Assembly: GCA_049970495.1 (NCBI GenBank)
Contig: JBMFMV010000020.1
Location: forward strand, 1-27,351
Source: a bacterium
Lineage (GTDB): Bacteria; DUMJ01
Length of the DNA: 27,351 nt
Direction: 5' to 3'
Shown here piece by piece: positions 17,632 through 27,023 of the stretch. The translations under genes were made by a program, and so were the position numbers. The number at the start of each line of letters is the position of its first letter. Positions within the stretch are counted from its first letter, which is position 1. Below the pieces are notes generated by a model that was not told the origin of the DNA, made no database searches, and worked only from the letters and a program-made list of their open reading frames with translations.

Positions 17632-19461
17632 ATGTGCGGAATAGTTGGTTATTTAGGTAAGAAAAAAGCTGTTCCTATATTGATAGATAACCTAAAGAGA
17701 CTAGAATATAGAGGGTATGACTCAGCAGGCGTAGCTATAATAAAAGATTCTTCTTTAGTTGTGGAAAAGAGCGTAGGAAAGTTATCTAAATTAGAGACTA
17801 TAGTTCTACCAAAGGGCTATGCATCGACTATTGGTATAGGTCATACTAGATGGGCAACTCACGGAAAGCCTTCAGATATTAATGCTCATCCTCATACCGA
17901 TTGTAAAGGAGAGATTGCCCTTGTTCATAATGGAATTATAGAGAACTACCTTGAACTAAAAGAAGAGCTTATAGGTAGGGGACATATCTTTCGTTCCGAA
18001 ACCGATACCGAAGTGATAGTTCATCTTGTAGAAGAATACTATCGGGGAGATTTGCTAGAGGCAGTAAAATCTGCAGTTAAAAGACTAGAAGGTTCCTATG
18101 CTATAGCTGTTATTTCCTCAAAGGAGCCAGAGAGAATAATAGTTGCCAGAAAGGATAGCCCTTTAATATTAGGGATAGGAGAAGGTGAATATTTTGTAGC
18201 ATCTGATATCCCTGCAGTCCTGAATTATACTCGTAATATCTGGATCCTTGAGAATGGAGAGCTAGGAGAGATTAATCCATCAGGTTGTAAGGTCTACGAC
18301 TTAGAGGGAAATGAAAAGAAAAAGGAAGTGATGGTTGTCTCGTGGGATATCTCAATGGCAGAAAAGGGAGGATACCCCCACTTTATGATAAAAGAGATAC
18401 ACGAGCAGCCAAATGCTCTTAGAGAGACCTTTAGAGGAAGAGTTGGAAGCGATGGACTGGTAAAATTAGATTTTAAAAATGTCACCATTGATGACTTGAA
18501 GAATCTCAAGAAACTCTACTTTGTGGCTTGTGGAACAGCATACCATGCAGGCCTTGTGGGTAAATATCTTATAGAGAGATTTGTCCGTATTCCTGTAGAG
18601 GCAGATATAGCAAGTGAATTCAGGTATCGAGACCCTATCTTTGAGAAAGATAGCCTGATGATAGTTATAAGCCAATCTGGTGAGACAGCTGATACTTTAG
18701 CTGCCTTAAGGATGGCTAAGGAGAATGGTGTAAAGGTTGTTGCTATATGTAATGTTGTTGGAAGTTCTATAGCTAGGGAATCCGATGATGTATTATACAC
18801 ATATGCGGGACCTGAAATTGCGGTTGCATCTACAAAGGCTTATACATCCCAATTAATGGTCATATATCTTTTGATGTTGCTATTAGCTCAGATAAAGGGA
18901 ACTTTGCCTATAGATAAGATTAAAGAGTTTATAGAAGACCTTAGAAGAATACCTGACATCGCTTCTAAAGTCTTAGAGAAATTGGAACCTGCTATTATAG
19001 ATTTCTCTAGAAGATACTATAAGGCGCATGATGTCTTCTTTATTGGTCGTGGTCTAGACTACGCCCTTAGTTTAGAAGGAGCACTAAAACTTAAAGAGAT
19101 ATCTTATATCCATGCAGAGGCTTACGCAGCAGGAGAGCTTAAGCATGGCCCTCTGTCACTTTTAGAGAGTGGAGTTCCCGTAATATGTCTTGCAACTCAA
19201 GAGTACTTACTGGATAAGATGATAAGTAATATAAAAGAAGTGAAGGCTAGAGAGGCTATCGCCATAGGTTTTGGCATAGAAGGGACAAAAGATTTGCAAG
19301 ACGTATGCGATGAAGTATTCTATATTCCAGAGGTAAATGATATCTACGCCTCTGTTATAACAGTAATTCCTCTGCAACTTATAGCTTACTATATGGCTAA
19401 AGAGAGGGGCTGTGACATAGACCAGCCTCGAAATTTGGCAAAGTCTGTCACAGTAGAGTAA
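17632..19461 (+). CDS. glmS: Glutamine--fructose-6-phosphate transaminase (isomerizing)
   Basis: MCGIVG N-terminal nucleophile, EYRGYDSAG, GHTRWATHG, SQSGETAD, VASTKAY, ELKHGP and PRNLAKSVTVE. Confidence 0.98.
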   Translation: MCGIVGYLGKKKAVPILIDNLKRLEYRGYDSAGVAIIKDSSLVVEKSVGKLSKLETIVLPKGYASTIGIGHTRWATHGKPSDINAHPHTDCKGEIALVHNGIIENYLELKEELIGRGHIFRSETDTEVIVHLVEEYYRGDLLEAVKSAVKRLEGSYAIAVISSKEPERIIVARKDSPLILGIGEGEYFVASDIPAVLNYTRNIWILENGELGEINPSGCKVYDLEGNEKKKEVMVVSWDISMAEKGGYPHFMIKEIHEQPNALRETFRGRVGSDGLVKLDFKNVTIDDLKNLKKLYFVACGTAYHAGLVGKYLIERFVRIPVEADIASEFRYRDPIFEKDSLMIVISQSGETADTLAALRMAKENGVKVVAICNVVGSSIARESDDVLYTYAGPEIAVASTKAYTSQLMVIYLLMLLLAQIKGTLPIDKIKEFIEDLRRIPDIASKVLEKLEPAIIDFSRRYYKAHDVFFIGRGLDYALSLEGALKLKEISYIHAEAYAAGELKHGPLSLLESGVPVICLATQEYLLDKMISNIKEVKAREAIAIGFGIEGTKDLQDVCDEVFYIPEVNDIYASVITVIPLQLIAYYMAKERGCDIDQPRNLAKSVTVE

Positions 19462-19525
19462 CTTCTAGTGGTTGATGAATAAGTATGTTTCTAAATATTC
19501 GTGATTTTGGTGCGAAATTCAAGGT

Positions 19526-19548
19526 GGAGGGACTATCTATGTCCCTCC
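19526..19548. terminator. GC-rich hairpin between convergent glmS and DUF4914 gene; probable terminator
   Basis: GGAGGGAC-tatctat-GTCCCTCC, an 8-bp perfect stem. There is no strong U-tract on either strand. Confidence 0.5.
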
Positions 19549-19652
19549 TAGTATCTATCTTATAGGGCCAATACATCTAAAATGTAGACAATATAGGAAT
19601 TGGATAATAAGAACTTAAAAATGTTTATTCTTGCGGATTTTTATACCTTTTG

Positions 19653-21542
19653 TTATTCTTCAACTAAAAAGCTTTCTGATTCGATAAGATTCATATAGTC
19701 AGAGACCTTTCCTCCAGAAAGACAGCAGTCAATAATCTTTTTCCCCAAGGGTAATAGATCTGGGTCTTTGTAATATGGCTCCAATTCTCTCTTAAAGAAT
19801 CTATACAAAATCTTAGCCCCTTCGTCATAGGCTTCAATTCCTACCTCTGGTTGTAATTCTGGTTTTAGAAGGAATCTTTCTATTTCTACCCCTTCTACAA
19901 TTAATCTATTTAAAGAAAAACCAAGTAGAGGGCATCTAGCTTCAGAAATTTCTTCATATGAAAATCTAACTCCACCTTTTCTTGCTAAGTATTCTCTCAT
20001 GATCCATTGAGGATTAAAACCAACCTTCCATGCTCCAATATACTGATTTGGACATAGGACATACTGTACTTTATAGCTCTGGACTATCTGTCTTAATAAA
20101 AGGTTAGCATGGTTTACCTTCTTCCCGGTAGCAAAGGGCCAATAAGAACCAACCCCCTCTGATGCAATACTTTCTTCGCTTACAATACTTGGATTTTCAT
20201 GTCCTCTAGGAGATACTAGTCTCCATAACCAGGCTAGGGCGGGAGGGAGTATATGGAAAAGTCCTATTATTCCATATGTCGGTCTATCCTTTGTGCAAGG
20301 TGGTGTCCTTACCCCAAAACTCCTTACATGTATAGGAATGACTTTGTTTAAAATGTCAGGAACAATTCTTCTAGGAATAATAAATCTTGGGTTAGGACAG
20401 GGAACTCCAGGAGCATCTTCTGTATGTTCCCATAGTAAAGCTGTACTAAAGGGCGGAGCGTCTATATTCAAAAATAATAGAGGCTCTTTTGGATGTATAG
20501 ATAGAGATTCTATATCCGGATCTGTTCCATACTGTTTTATGTGATTTACTCTAACAAACCATCCAGCTTCTGCATCTTTTACATAGAGGTAGCCATCATC
20601 CTTTTGAAAGGAAGGATGACACAGAGCCATATCATCCGCTACTGGCCTTAGTAAGCATCCTCTTGGTAAGACAAGAGTTATTTTTTCACGGGTTAAGATA
20701 TTTTCTGCTAAACTGATAGTTCCATCCCAATTTCTGTGAATATGCTCATGCGTCTCACTCTTACCTCCACCGCTAGCTCCTTCGTGCATAAGATTGAGTT
20801 TATTCCAATAAGGAGTGATGACTTGGACTACTGCAGCGTGGGCAGTAATCCATCCTTCTTTTTCACCTAAGTCAAGCAGAGCTGAGTATACTCCTTTTTT
20901 AGCACTTGGACCAGGATATAGATTATAGCTAAATATTTCATGGAGATTTTCAGAACGATAATGCACCACCACTTGTTTTCCTCCAAAATGTGTATGTCTG
21001 AATGGTGGTGCTACATATATGATACACTTTACAGGAATATCCCCTTTTACACTATCTATATTTACTACCCCCTGCAATATTCCAAGTCCTAAGCAGAAAA
21101 AGCCGGCATTAGATGGGGAAATTGCCATACCATAGATATTATCTATTTGGCCTGGCTTAAAGAAGAAAACTGCTAATTCCTGAGTCTTAAGCCACTCAAA
21201 TGTTTCTCTTTTCAATTCTTCAAAGCTATTATCATATCTCTGAGAGTAGGTTTCTTTATCGGTGGGAAGGTTATCTCCAATTACCATACAATCAGGATCT
21301 CTTCTTCTCATATATGGTTCAGGATAGTTGACAGATATTCCATTTTTTACTTTGCATACTATAGCTTCGCAATACTCACCTTTGCCGGGTACATTGTATA
21401 CCACTTTCTTTAAACCATTTTCAGCATCCTTTAGCGCTAAATCAAATAGGTCAGCCTGACTTTTGGCTAGTATAAATTTACAGTCTTTTAAGAGGTCTTT
21501 TACATAATTAGGAACAATAATTCTATCTAACCAATTTTGCAT
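19653..21542 (-). CDS. DUF4914-family protein, PEP-carboxykinase-like fold
   Basis: 629 aa. Recalled family motifs [15 protein letters not shown] and [15 protein letters not shown]-loop [17 protein letters not shown] and PNPR. GGAGGA SD upstream. Confidence 0.8.
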   Translation of the reverse strand: MQNWLDRIIVPNYVKDLLKDCKFILAKSQADLFDLALKDAENGLKKVVYNVPGKGEYCEAIVCKVKNGISVNYPEPYMRRRDPDCMVIGDNLPTDKETYSQRYDNSFEELKRETFEWLKTQELAVFFFKPGQIDNIYGMAISPSNAGFFCLGLGILQGVVNIDSVKGDIPVKCIIYVAPPFRHTHFGGKQVVVHYRSENLHEIFSYNLYPGPSAKKGVYSALLDLGEKEGWITAHAAVVQVITPYWNKLNLMHEGASGGGKSETHEHIHRNWDGTISLAENILTREKITLVLPRGCLLRPVADDMALCHPSFQKDDGYLYVKDAEAGWFVRVNHIKQYGTDPDIESLSIHPKEPLLFLNIDAPPFSTALLWEHTEDAPGVPCPNPRFIIPRRIVPDILNKVIPIHVRSFGVRTPPCTKDRPTYGIIGLFHILPPALAWLWRLVSPRGHENPSIVSEESIASEGVGSYWPFATGKKVNHANLLLRQIVQSYKVQYVLCPNQYIGAWKVGFNPQWIMREYLARKGGVRFSYEEISEARCPLLGFSLNRLIVEGVEIERFLLKPELQPEVGIEAYDEGAKILYRFFKRELEPYYKDPDLLPLGKKIIDCCLSGGKVSDYMNLIESESFLVEE

Positions 21543-21605
21543 TAGCTATCTTCCTCCTTTAATAGGCTAAGTCAGATGTTCTTGGCTATATTAACCTAGG
21601 GCTAA

Positions 21606-21639
21606 ATTAATAAGATATTATGCATAATATACTATTAAT
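21606..21639. promoter_or_regulatory. 34-bp palindromic operator candidate overlapping the -10 box and spacer
   Basis: ATTAATA-ag-ATATTATGCATAATAT-ac-TATTAAT: a perfect 16-bp core (21615-21630) plus 7-bp outer arms. Confidence 0.6.
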
Positions 21640-21646
21640 GTGTCAA
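21617..21646 (-). promoter_or_regulatory. Sigma70/SigA-type promoter of the DUF4914 gene
   Basis: On the - strand: perfect TTGACA (21646-21641), 18-bp spacer and CATAAT (21622-21617), about 75 bp upstream of the ATG. Confidence 0.6.
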
Positions 21647-21731
21647 GTTTGATCGACTAATAAAAGATAGATTTTCTATTACTTGTTCGTACGCAATGTA
21701 CCCGATGTATCCTTTACTTTTTGTTCCCTTT

Positions 21732-22862
21732 CTACTTTAGCCAGCCGGTGAGTTTAGCCAGAAGCCTTGTATATTCTATAAAGTTCTGCCAGGATATATC
21801 TGGTGGAACCCCATGGTCACAACTGGGTATATATCCTCCATCCTCTAATAGAGGAGGAACAACCCTCATAACTTCTTCCTCCATAACCTTTCCTCCTTTA
21901 GCTATAGCTCTTTTATCTATGCCACCAATATAAGCCATTCTTTTACCGAATCTTTTCCTAAATTCCACTATGTCATTTCCTGCAGCTACTTCTATTGGAG
22001 TGGTACAGTTAATCCCAAGTTCTATCCATAATGGAATTAGTTCACCTATATATCCATCAGAATCTATAGAAATTATCGGACATCCGTTCTTTTTGAGCTC
22101 AGGAATCCATTTTTCATATGCAGGAAATAGATACTCCCTTACCATCTTAGGAGATATCATACTGTGAGCTTTGTAAGCCATATCTTCTGAGAATACTACA
22201 TAGTCTAGCGTTACTCTTTCTAGGATTGGTTTCAATATTTCTAAAACAAAATTAGTCCAAAAATCAATCATCTCGTGGACAAAGTCTGGCTTTTCTATCA
22301 TAAAGATACATAAGTTTTCTAGTCCACACCACTCTCTTAATTGCCAGAAGGGTCCATTTATACCTAGACTTAAGACATAATCTCTATCCTGTAACGCTTT
22401 ACACCTCTTTTCAAAATCCTCAGGAAATCTCCCTGAAGTCTTTGGGTTATAGCGTTTTTTCATCTCTTCCCAGTCCGAATATGTCTCTACTGGAAACTTA
22501 TACCATTTCCTAGTTACAAAGTCCTTTGCCTCTCTTAGATAGGTATAGTCATACTGGTCTGATATTTCTACTATTGCTCCCATCCAGTCCTGGACTATGT
22601 AGTGCCCATCTTTATGTTCTAGTATTTTTTCTTCAAACTGTGGTATCATCTTAAATGAGACTCCAAGGTCTACTCTAGGTTTTGTTCTTTCTTCCTCTAT
22701 ACCAAGTATTTCTAATAAGGCAGAATAATAATTTTTCCCCTCTGGCAAGCCTTCTTCTCTCCATCTCTTCAGGGTTGATTCTCTTGGTCCCCCTGGCATT
22801 AGAGGAACCTTATCTGTCTTTCCAAAAGTTAGAGCCTCTATGAATCTCTCTCTAGGTGTCAT
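21732..22862 (-). CDS. Uroporphyrinogen decarboxylase/MtaA-like (URO-D/CIMS superfamily) protein of unknown function
   Basis: MTPRERF..DKVP N-terminus, GPFWQLREWCGLE, SEDMAYK..MISP, DSDG, GGIDK and GGYIPSCDHGVP. Confidence 0.8.
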   Translation of the reverse strand: MTPRERFIEALTFGKTDKVPLMPGGPRESTLKRWREEGLPEGKNYYSALLEILGIEEERTKPRVDLGVSFKMIPQFEEKILEHKDGHYIVQDWMGAIVEISDQYDYTYLREAKDFVTRKWYKFPVETYSDWEEMKKRYNPKTSGRFPEDFEKRCKALQDRDYVLSLGINGPFWQLREWCGLENLCIFMIEKPDFVHEMIDFWTNFVLEILKPILERVTLDYVVFSEDMAYKAHSMISPKMVREYLFPAYEKWIPELKKNGCPIISIDSDGYIGELIPLWIELGINCTTPIEVAAGNDIVEFRKRFGKRMAYIGGIDKRAIAKGGKVMEEEVMRVVPPLLEDGGYIPSCDHGVPPDISWQNFIEYTRLLAKLTGWLK

Positions 22863-24079
22863 AGTATACCTCCTAGTAGGTCTCTAGTCTTAATAGCATT
22901 GCCACTAGCTATGGATTTATTGGCAGAGATTCCTATTATTATGGACATAGCCCCTGCCCTTGAGTCTGCCATATGTCCAAGGGGATCAGAGAGATTTTCT
23001 AGAAAGAGCATCCTTTGAAGCCTTTCATCTGAACCTCCATGACCTCCTGTAGCCTTCGGAATTTCATAGGTTATAATCTCATCCTTTCTATTAAATATTC
23101 TTACGTACTGATTTGGTTCTTTAACAGAATGTCCACTGTGGAACTCCTCGGCTTCTACTCTTCCATCTGCTCCATTAATTGATATCCTCCATCCCTCGTA
23201 TGGACTATATGCTATTAGAGAATATGTCAATATGGCTCCCTTTGAGTATTTGACATTTACACTCATAGTATCTTCTATATCTATCTCAGGGGAAAATATA
23301 CACCTATCTCTATAGTATCCATCTATGTCCTCTGCATCGAAGTAAAACGCCTTCATAAATGGGTCCTTAGAATAGTCAACAAAGAATTCACAGGTATCCT
23401 TATAATTACAGGTTAAGCATCTCTCACCCCTTTTTTCTCTTGTTGGTCCGTAAAATCTTCTTGAGCCAAATGCATATACAATCTCTGGATCTTCTTCTAA
23501 CCACCAATTTATTATATCAAAGTGGTGGGTAGCCTTATGAACTAATAATCCACCTGAATTTTCTTTTCTTCTATGCCATCTTCTAAAGTAATCTGCCCCA
23601 TGTCTGGTATCTAAAAACCATTCAAAGTCTATGCTCAGAATTTTCCCTATTATTCCTTCCTTTAATAGCTCTTTTATCCTCGTGACATATGGGTTAAATC
23701 TATAGTTAAAGGTAACTATTATCTTCTTACCTGTCCTTCTTTCTGCTTCTAACATAGCCTTACACTTTTCTTCATCTATGGTCATAGGCTTCTCTACAAT
23801 GACATCACAACCAGCATCCATAGCTCTTATGACGTACTCATGATGGTATCTGTCTATTGTTGTTACTATTACATAGTCCGGATTAGTCTCTTTTATCATC
23901 TTATCGAAATCTTCAAATATAGGAACCCCTCCACAATGGTTACTAATATACTCTGCTCTTTTCCTGTTTATATCAAATACACCTACCAACTTAGCGTAGT
24001 CTCTAAATTTTTCGGTTATAGGAAGGGCATACATGTAGAATCCTCTGCTACTTGCACCTGCCAATGCATATCTTTTCAT
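22859..24079 (-). CDS. Gfo/Idh/MocA-family NAD(P)-dependent sugar oxidoreductase (YteT-like)
   Basis: N-terminal Rossmann strand, VEKPM, TFNYRF, HGADYFRRWHR, GGLLVHKATHHFD and GGHGGSD. Confidence 0.88.
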   Translation of the reverse strand: MKRYALAGASSRGFYMYALPITEKFRDYAKLVGVFDINRKRAEYISNHCGGVPIFEDFDKMIKETNPDYVIVTTIDRYHHEYVIRAMDAGCDVIVEKPMTIDEEKCKAMLEAERRTGKKIIVTFNYRFNPYVTRIKELLKEGIIGKILSIDFEWFLDTRHGADYFRRWHRRKENSGGLLVHKATHHFDIINWWLEEDPEIVYAFGSRRFYGPTREKRGERCLTCNYKDTCEFFVDYSKDPFMKAFYFDAEDIDGYYRDRCIFSPEIDIEDTMSVNVKYSKGAILTYSLIAYSPYEGWRISINGADGRVEAEEFHSGHSVKEPNQYVRIFNRKDEIITYEIPKATGGHGGSDERLQRMLFLENLSDPLGHMADSRAGAMSIIIGISANKSIASGNAIKTRDLLGGIL

Positions 24080-24093
24080 CTATTTTCCTCCTT

Positions 24094-26082
24094 CTAGTAC
24101 TTGTATACCTTTATTCCACCTAACTCCTCTATCTTTGCTACTTCTCCTCTAGCGTCTCTAGGATTAACTATCATCACTTTTTTATCACCTATAGATAGTA
24201 TAAGGTCTTCTATGTCGAAGTATTTGGCAATTCCATATATTTCTAACCTTGGGTCATACTTATAATATTTAGAAAAGATGATATCCTCATAAGAATAGAG
24301 TAGGTCTTCTAGGTATACCTCTTCTATTTCCTTATTTATTACACTTGCAAATAGTGCATATATAGTGCTTATCCCTTTTCCAGCTATTGCAATATTTATA
24401 TTAGGATTGGTGCCTTTTACATACTCGATAGCTCTTAATATATCAAAGACCCTTAATGCTGTTAAAGAGGTTCCAAGCATCATTAAGTCGAAATTTAATT
24501 TGTACTCTGTCCCGTAATATTCATAGAAACCGTAAGGATTTATGTCTCTACACTTTACAGCCCCTATACCTCTAGGGTCAAACACAAAGACATCCCCTTC
24601 GGCTAGAAATCTTCTGACCAAGTCAGATTCCTTCTGTATGTCATTTGTGCCTTCATCAAAAAGGATTATTGTACACTTTTTCCTATTTTCTCCTTCTATA
24701 TAAATTCCTGCAGTAGCTATATCCTTCTCTGGGAACATAAAGACCTTCTTATAATTAAGTGTACTATTGAGGAAATTAAAACTCCCTTCTTCTATAACTC
24801 TTGGGTATAGAGGTTTATCATCCTGAGGAAGATTCAATATCTCTATCAGTTTCTCTCTTATCTTTTCTTTACCAGATATCCTTTTACAGTTTTTCTTATA
24901 GTACTCATAGTTTAATGAGCTAATATCCTTAGCAGAATCAAACTCAGCCAATACTTGCCCATAATTAGTGCATTTTAAAACTTCTTTCCTCTCTATATTT
25001 ATACTTTCAGCTATATTGCTCGTTTCTTCCCCTTTTAGATATCTTACAAACCATTTCACCGCTTCCCTTCTCAGCTCATCGTTATAACTGTGTGTTCCTT
25101 TGGCTATGTATAGTTTTATATTCTCTTCCTTACCATATAACCTGTACATCTTTTTAGCCCTCTCGTAAGAATTAATTGTCCCTTCTATGCAGAAGAAATC
25201 AGAGTCAACCGACCCTATCATTACTGGTTTTGGTGCAAAACAAGATATGAAATCATCATAGTTTAGCCCCATAACTATAGCCTTAAATATATTCTGTTCA
25301 CTATCATGAGCCTGACCTGTTTTTATATACTCTTCTCTAGATGTGATATACGTGCAAGGTACAGCTACCTTTATCCTTGGCTCTAACAACATCATATAGG
25401 AAGACTGAGTTCCACCCCCAGAATTCCCAGTTAACCCTAGTTTTGTGGAATCAACTTCAGGCAATGATTCTAGAAAGTCTACGGCTCTTATTAGGTCCCA
25501 TATGAAGTATCTGGCAATATTGGCACCTGCTAGTGTACATTGCAGCCCTGCATATGAATGTTCCATCGTTCCCCATCTTATTATGGTTCTCTTTAACTCT
25601 CTGTCGTAGTACTGCATCCTCTCCCCTTGACCGACTGGATCTACAGCAAGTACTATGAAACCATTATTAACCAATTCTATACAGACTTTCTGATACTCTG
25701 GACAACTCTTCGCCCACTCCCAGTGTCCACAAGCAAATAGAATAGCAGGAAGTTTTTTGTCTATGTCCTTAGGCATATAAAGATTAGCTGTTACATAAAA
25801 CTTAGGAAGACTCTGATATATCACCTTCTTTATAATGTAAGAGCCCCTTTCTATTACACCTGTATATATTGGATTTAAGTCTGTCCTCTCTATATCTAAG
25901 CCGCCAATAGCCTCTATAAAATAATTTCTTATCTTTTCTCTCCTTTTTTCAAATTCTTCTATACTTTTAATACTACTCTTTTCTTCATCCTCCTTTTTAA
26001 AGAATTCAAAAGCTCTTCTTTTTACATATTCAGGTAACTGATTTTCTACATCATAATATCCATCTAAAAATGGCTTAAACAT
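24094..26082 (-). CDS. Tandem alpha/beta-hydrolase, acetylxylan-esterase-like carbohydrate esterase
   Basis: VTANLYMP, CGH, DPVGQGER, nucleophile elbow GNSGGG, putative Asp (DSDFF) and His (GTHSY). A second hydrolase-like domain carries DPRGIG. Confidence 0.8.
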   Translation of the reverse strand: MFKPFLDGYYDVENQLPEYVKRRAFEFFKKEDEEKSSIKSIEEFEKRREKIRNYFIEAIGGLDIERTDLNPIYTGVIERGSYIIKKVIYQSLPKFYVTANLYMPKDIDKKLPAILFACGHWEWAKSCPEYQKVCIELVNNGFIVLAVDPVGQGERMQYYDRELKRTIIRWGTMEHSYAGLQCTLAGANIARYFIWDLIRAVDFLESLPEVDSTKLGLTGNSGGGTQSSYMMLLEPRIKVAVPCTYITSREEYIKTGQAHDSEQNIFKAIVMGLNYDDFISCFAPKPVMIGSVDSDFFCIEGTINSYERAKKMYRLYGKEENIKLYIAKGTHSYNDELRREAVKWFVRYLKGEETSNIAESINIERKEVLKCTNYGQVLAEFDSAKDISSLNYEYYKKNCKRISGKEKIREKLIEILNLPQDDKPLYPRVIEEGSFNFLNSTLNYKKVFMFPEKDIATAGIYIEGENRKKCTIILFDEGTNDIQKESDLVRRFLAEGDVFVFDPRGIGAVKCRDINPYGFYEYYGTEYKLNFDLMMLGTSLTALRVFDILRAIEYVKGTNPNINIAIAGKGISTIYALFASVINKEIEEVYLEDLLYSYEDIIFSKYYKYDPRLEIYGIAKYFDIEDLILSIGDKKVMIVNPRDARGEVAKIEELGGIKVYKY

Positions 26083-26095
26083 ATTTAGAATCCTC

Positions 26096-26989
26096 CTAAA
26101 TACCTAATCTCTTAGCTAAATCTTCTAAGAATTTCTTGGAATCTATATATGCTTTTTCTATATCAGGAACATTTCCTATGTCTATAGCTACATAGCCCTG
26201 ATAATTATGCTTTTTTAGAGCTAGGAATACTCCTTCCCAATCTATATTCCCCTTTCCTAATGGTAAGTGTTCATTAACCTTTCCATCATTATCAGACACA
26301 TGGAGGTAAAAGATTCTATTCCCCAATTTTTCTACCGAAAGAGGTAAGATTTCTTTCTGAGCATTTTGATGGCCTGTATCTAAAACTGCTCCGAAATTAT
26401 CACTCTTCACATGATCCATCAATCTGAGGAGAGCATCTGTATTACTTATAATCTCTCCAACCCTTGGTTCTAGACAAAATTTTAATCCAGCTGATTTGGC
26501 AGTTTCGCTAGCAAACCTAAAACTATCGACTAGTACATTCCAGAGTTTATCCCAACTAAAATTAAGGTCTATCTTTACTCTGTAATGCTTCCCATAGCTT
26601 ATGCTCTCTTTATATGGAGCCTCCCCTATAAACTCTAAGGGTGGTGTATAACTGTCTGTCTGAATGGTCTCACATTCAAAATATTTAGCCAATTCTATAC
26701 CAAGTATGTATAAGTCTTTTGCCTTTTTCCTTTTATCTTCATCTAGGCTTACAATGTCAGGAATAATAGGGCAGAAGTTTATTATCTTTACCCCAAGCGC
26801 TCTACAATGATCTTTAATTTTTTCTCTATTATGATAGACCTCTTTTAGATTTTCTTCTCCTACCCCTTCTAACTCTACGTATTCAAATCCCATATCAGCC
26901 ATCTCTTTTAATGCCTTAAATATGTTTTCCATACTTGGTGGATACCCATATTTACTTATTGCATAAAGCCAACAACAACTAATCTTCAT
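26096..26989 (-). CDS. Sugar phosphate isomerase/epimerase (xylose-isomerase-like TIM barrel, AP_endonuc_2)
   Basis: GFEYVEL, CLEP, LDTGH, LHVSDNDG, HLPLGKGNIDW and YQGYVAID. Confidence 0.88.
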   Translation of the reverse strand: MKISCCWLYAISKYGYPPSMENIFKALKEMADMGFEYVELEGVGEENLKEVYHNREKIKDHCRALGVKIINFCPIIPDIVSLDEDKRKKAKDLYILGIELAKYFECETIQTDSYTPPLEFIGEAPYKESISYGKHYRVKIDLNFSWDKLWNVLVDSFRFASETAKSAGLKFCLEPRVGEIISNTDALLRLMDHVKSDNFGAVLDTGHQNAQKEILPLSVEKLGNRIFYLHVSDNDGKVNEHLPLGKGNIDWEGVFLALKKHNYQGYVAIDIGNVPDIEKAYIDSKKFLEDLAKRLGI

Positions 26990-27023
26990 AGATTAGACCT
27001 CCTTATCAATCTATAATAATTAT

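Noticed and set aside
513..18800. Numerous short - strand ORFs (60-130 aa) in the ORF track
   Set aside because: All lie antisense to well-supported genes and show no recognisable motifs, so they are shadow ORFs.
19510..19523. GTGCGAAATTCAAG resembling an insertion-sequence terminal repeat
   Set aside because: I found no partner inverted repeat, target duplication or transposase in the window, and the resemblance is from memory only.
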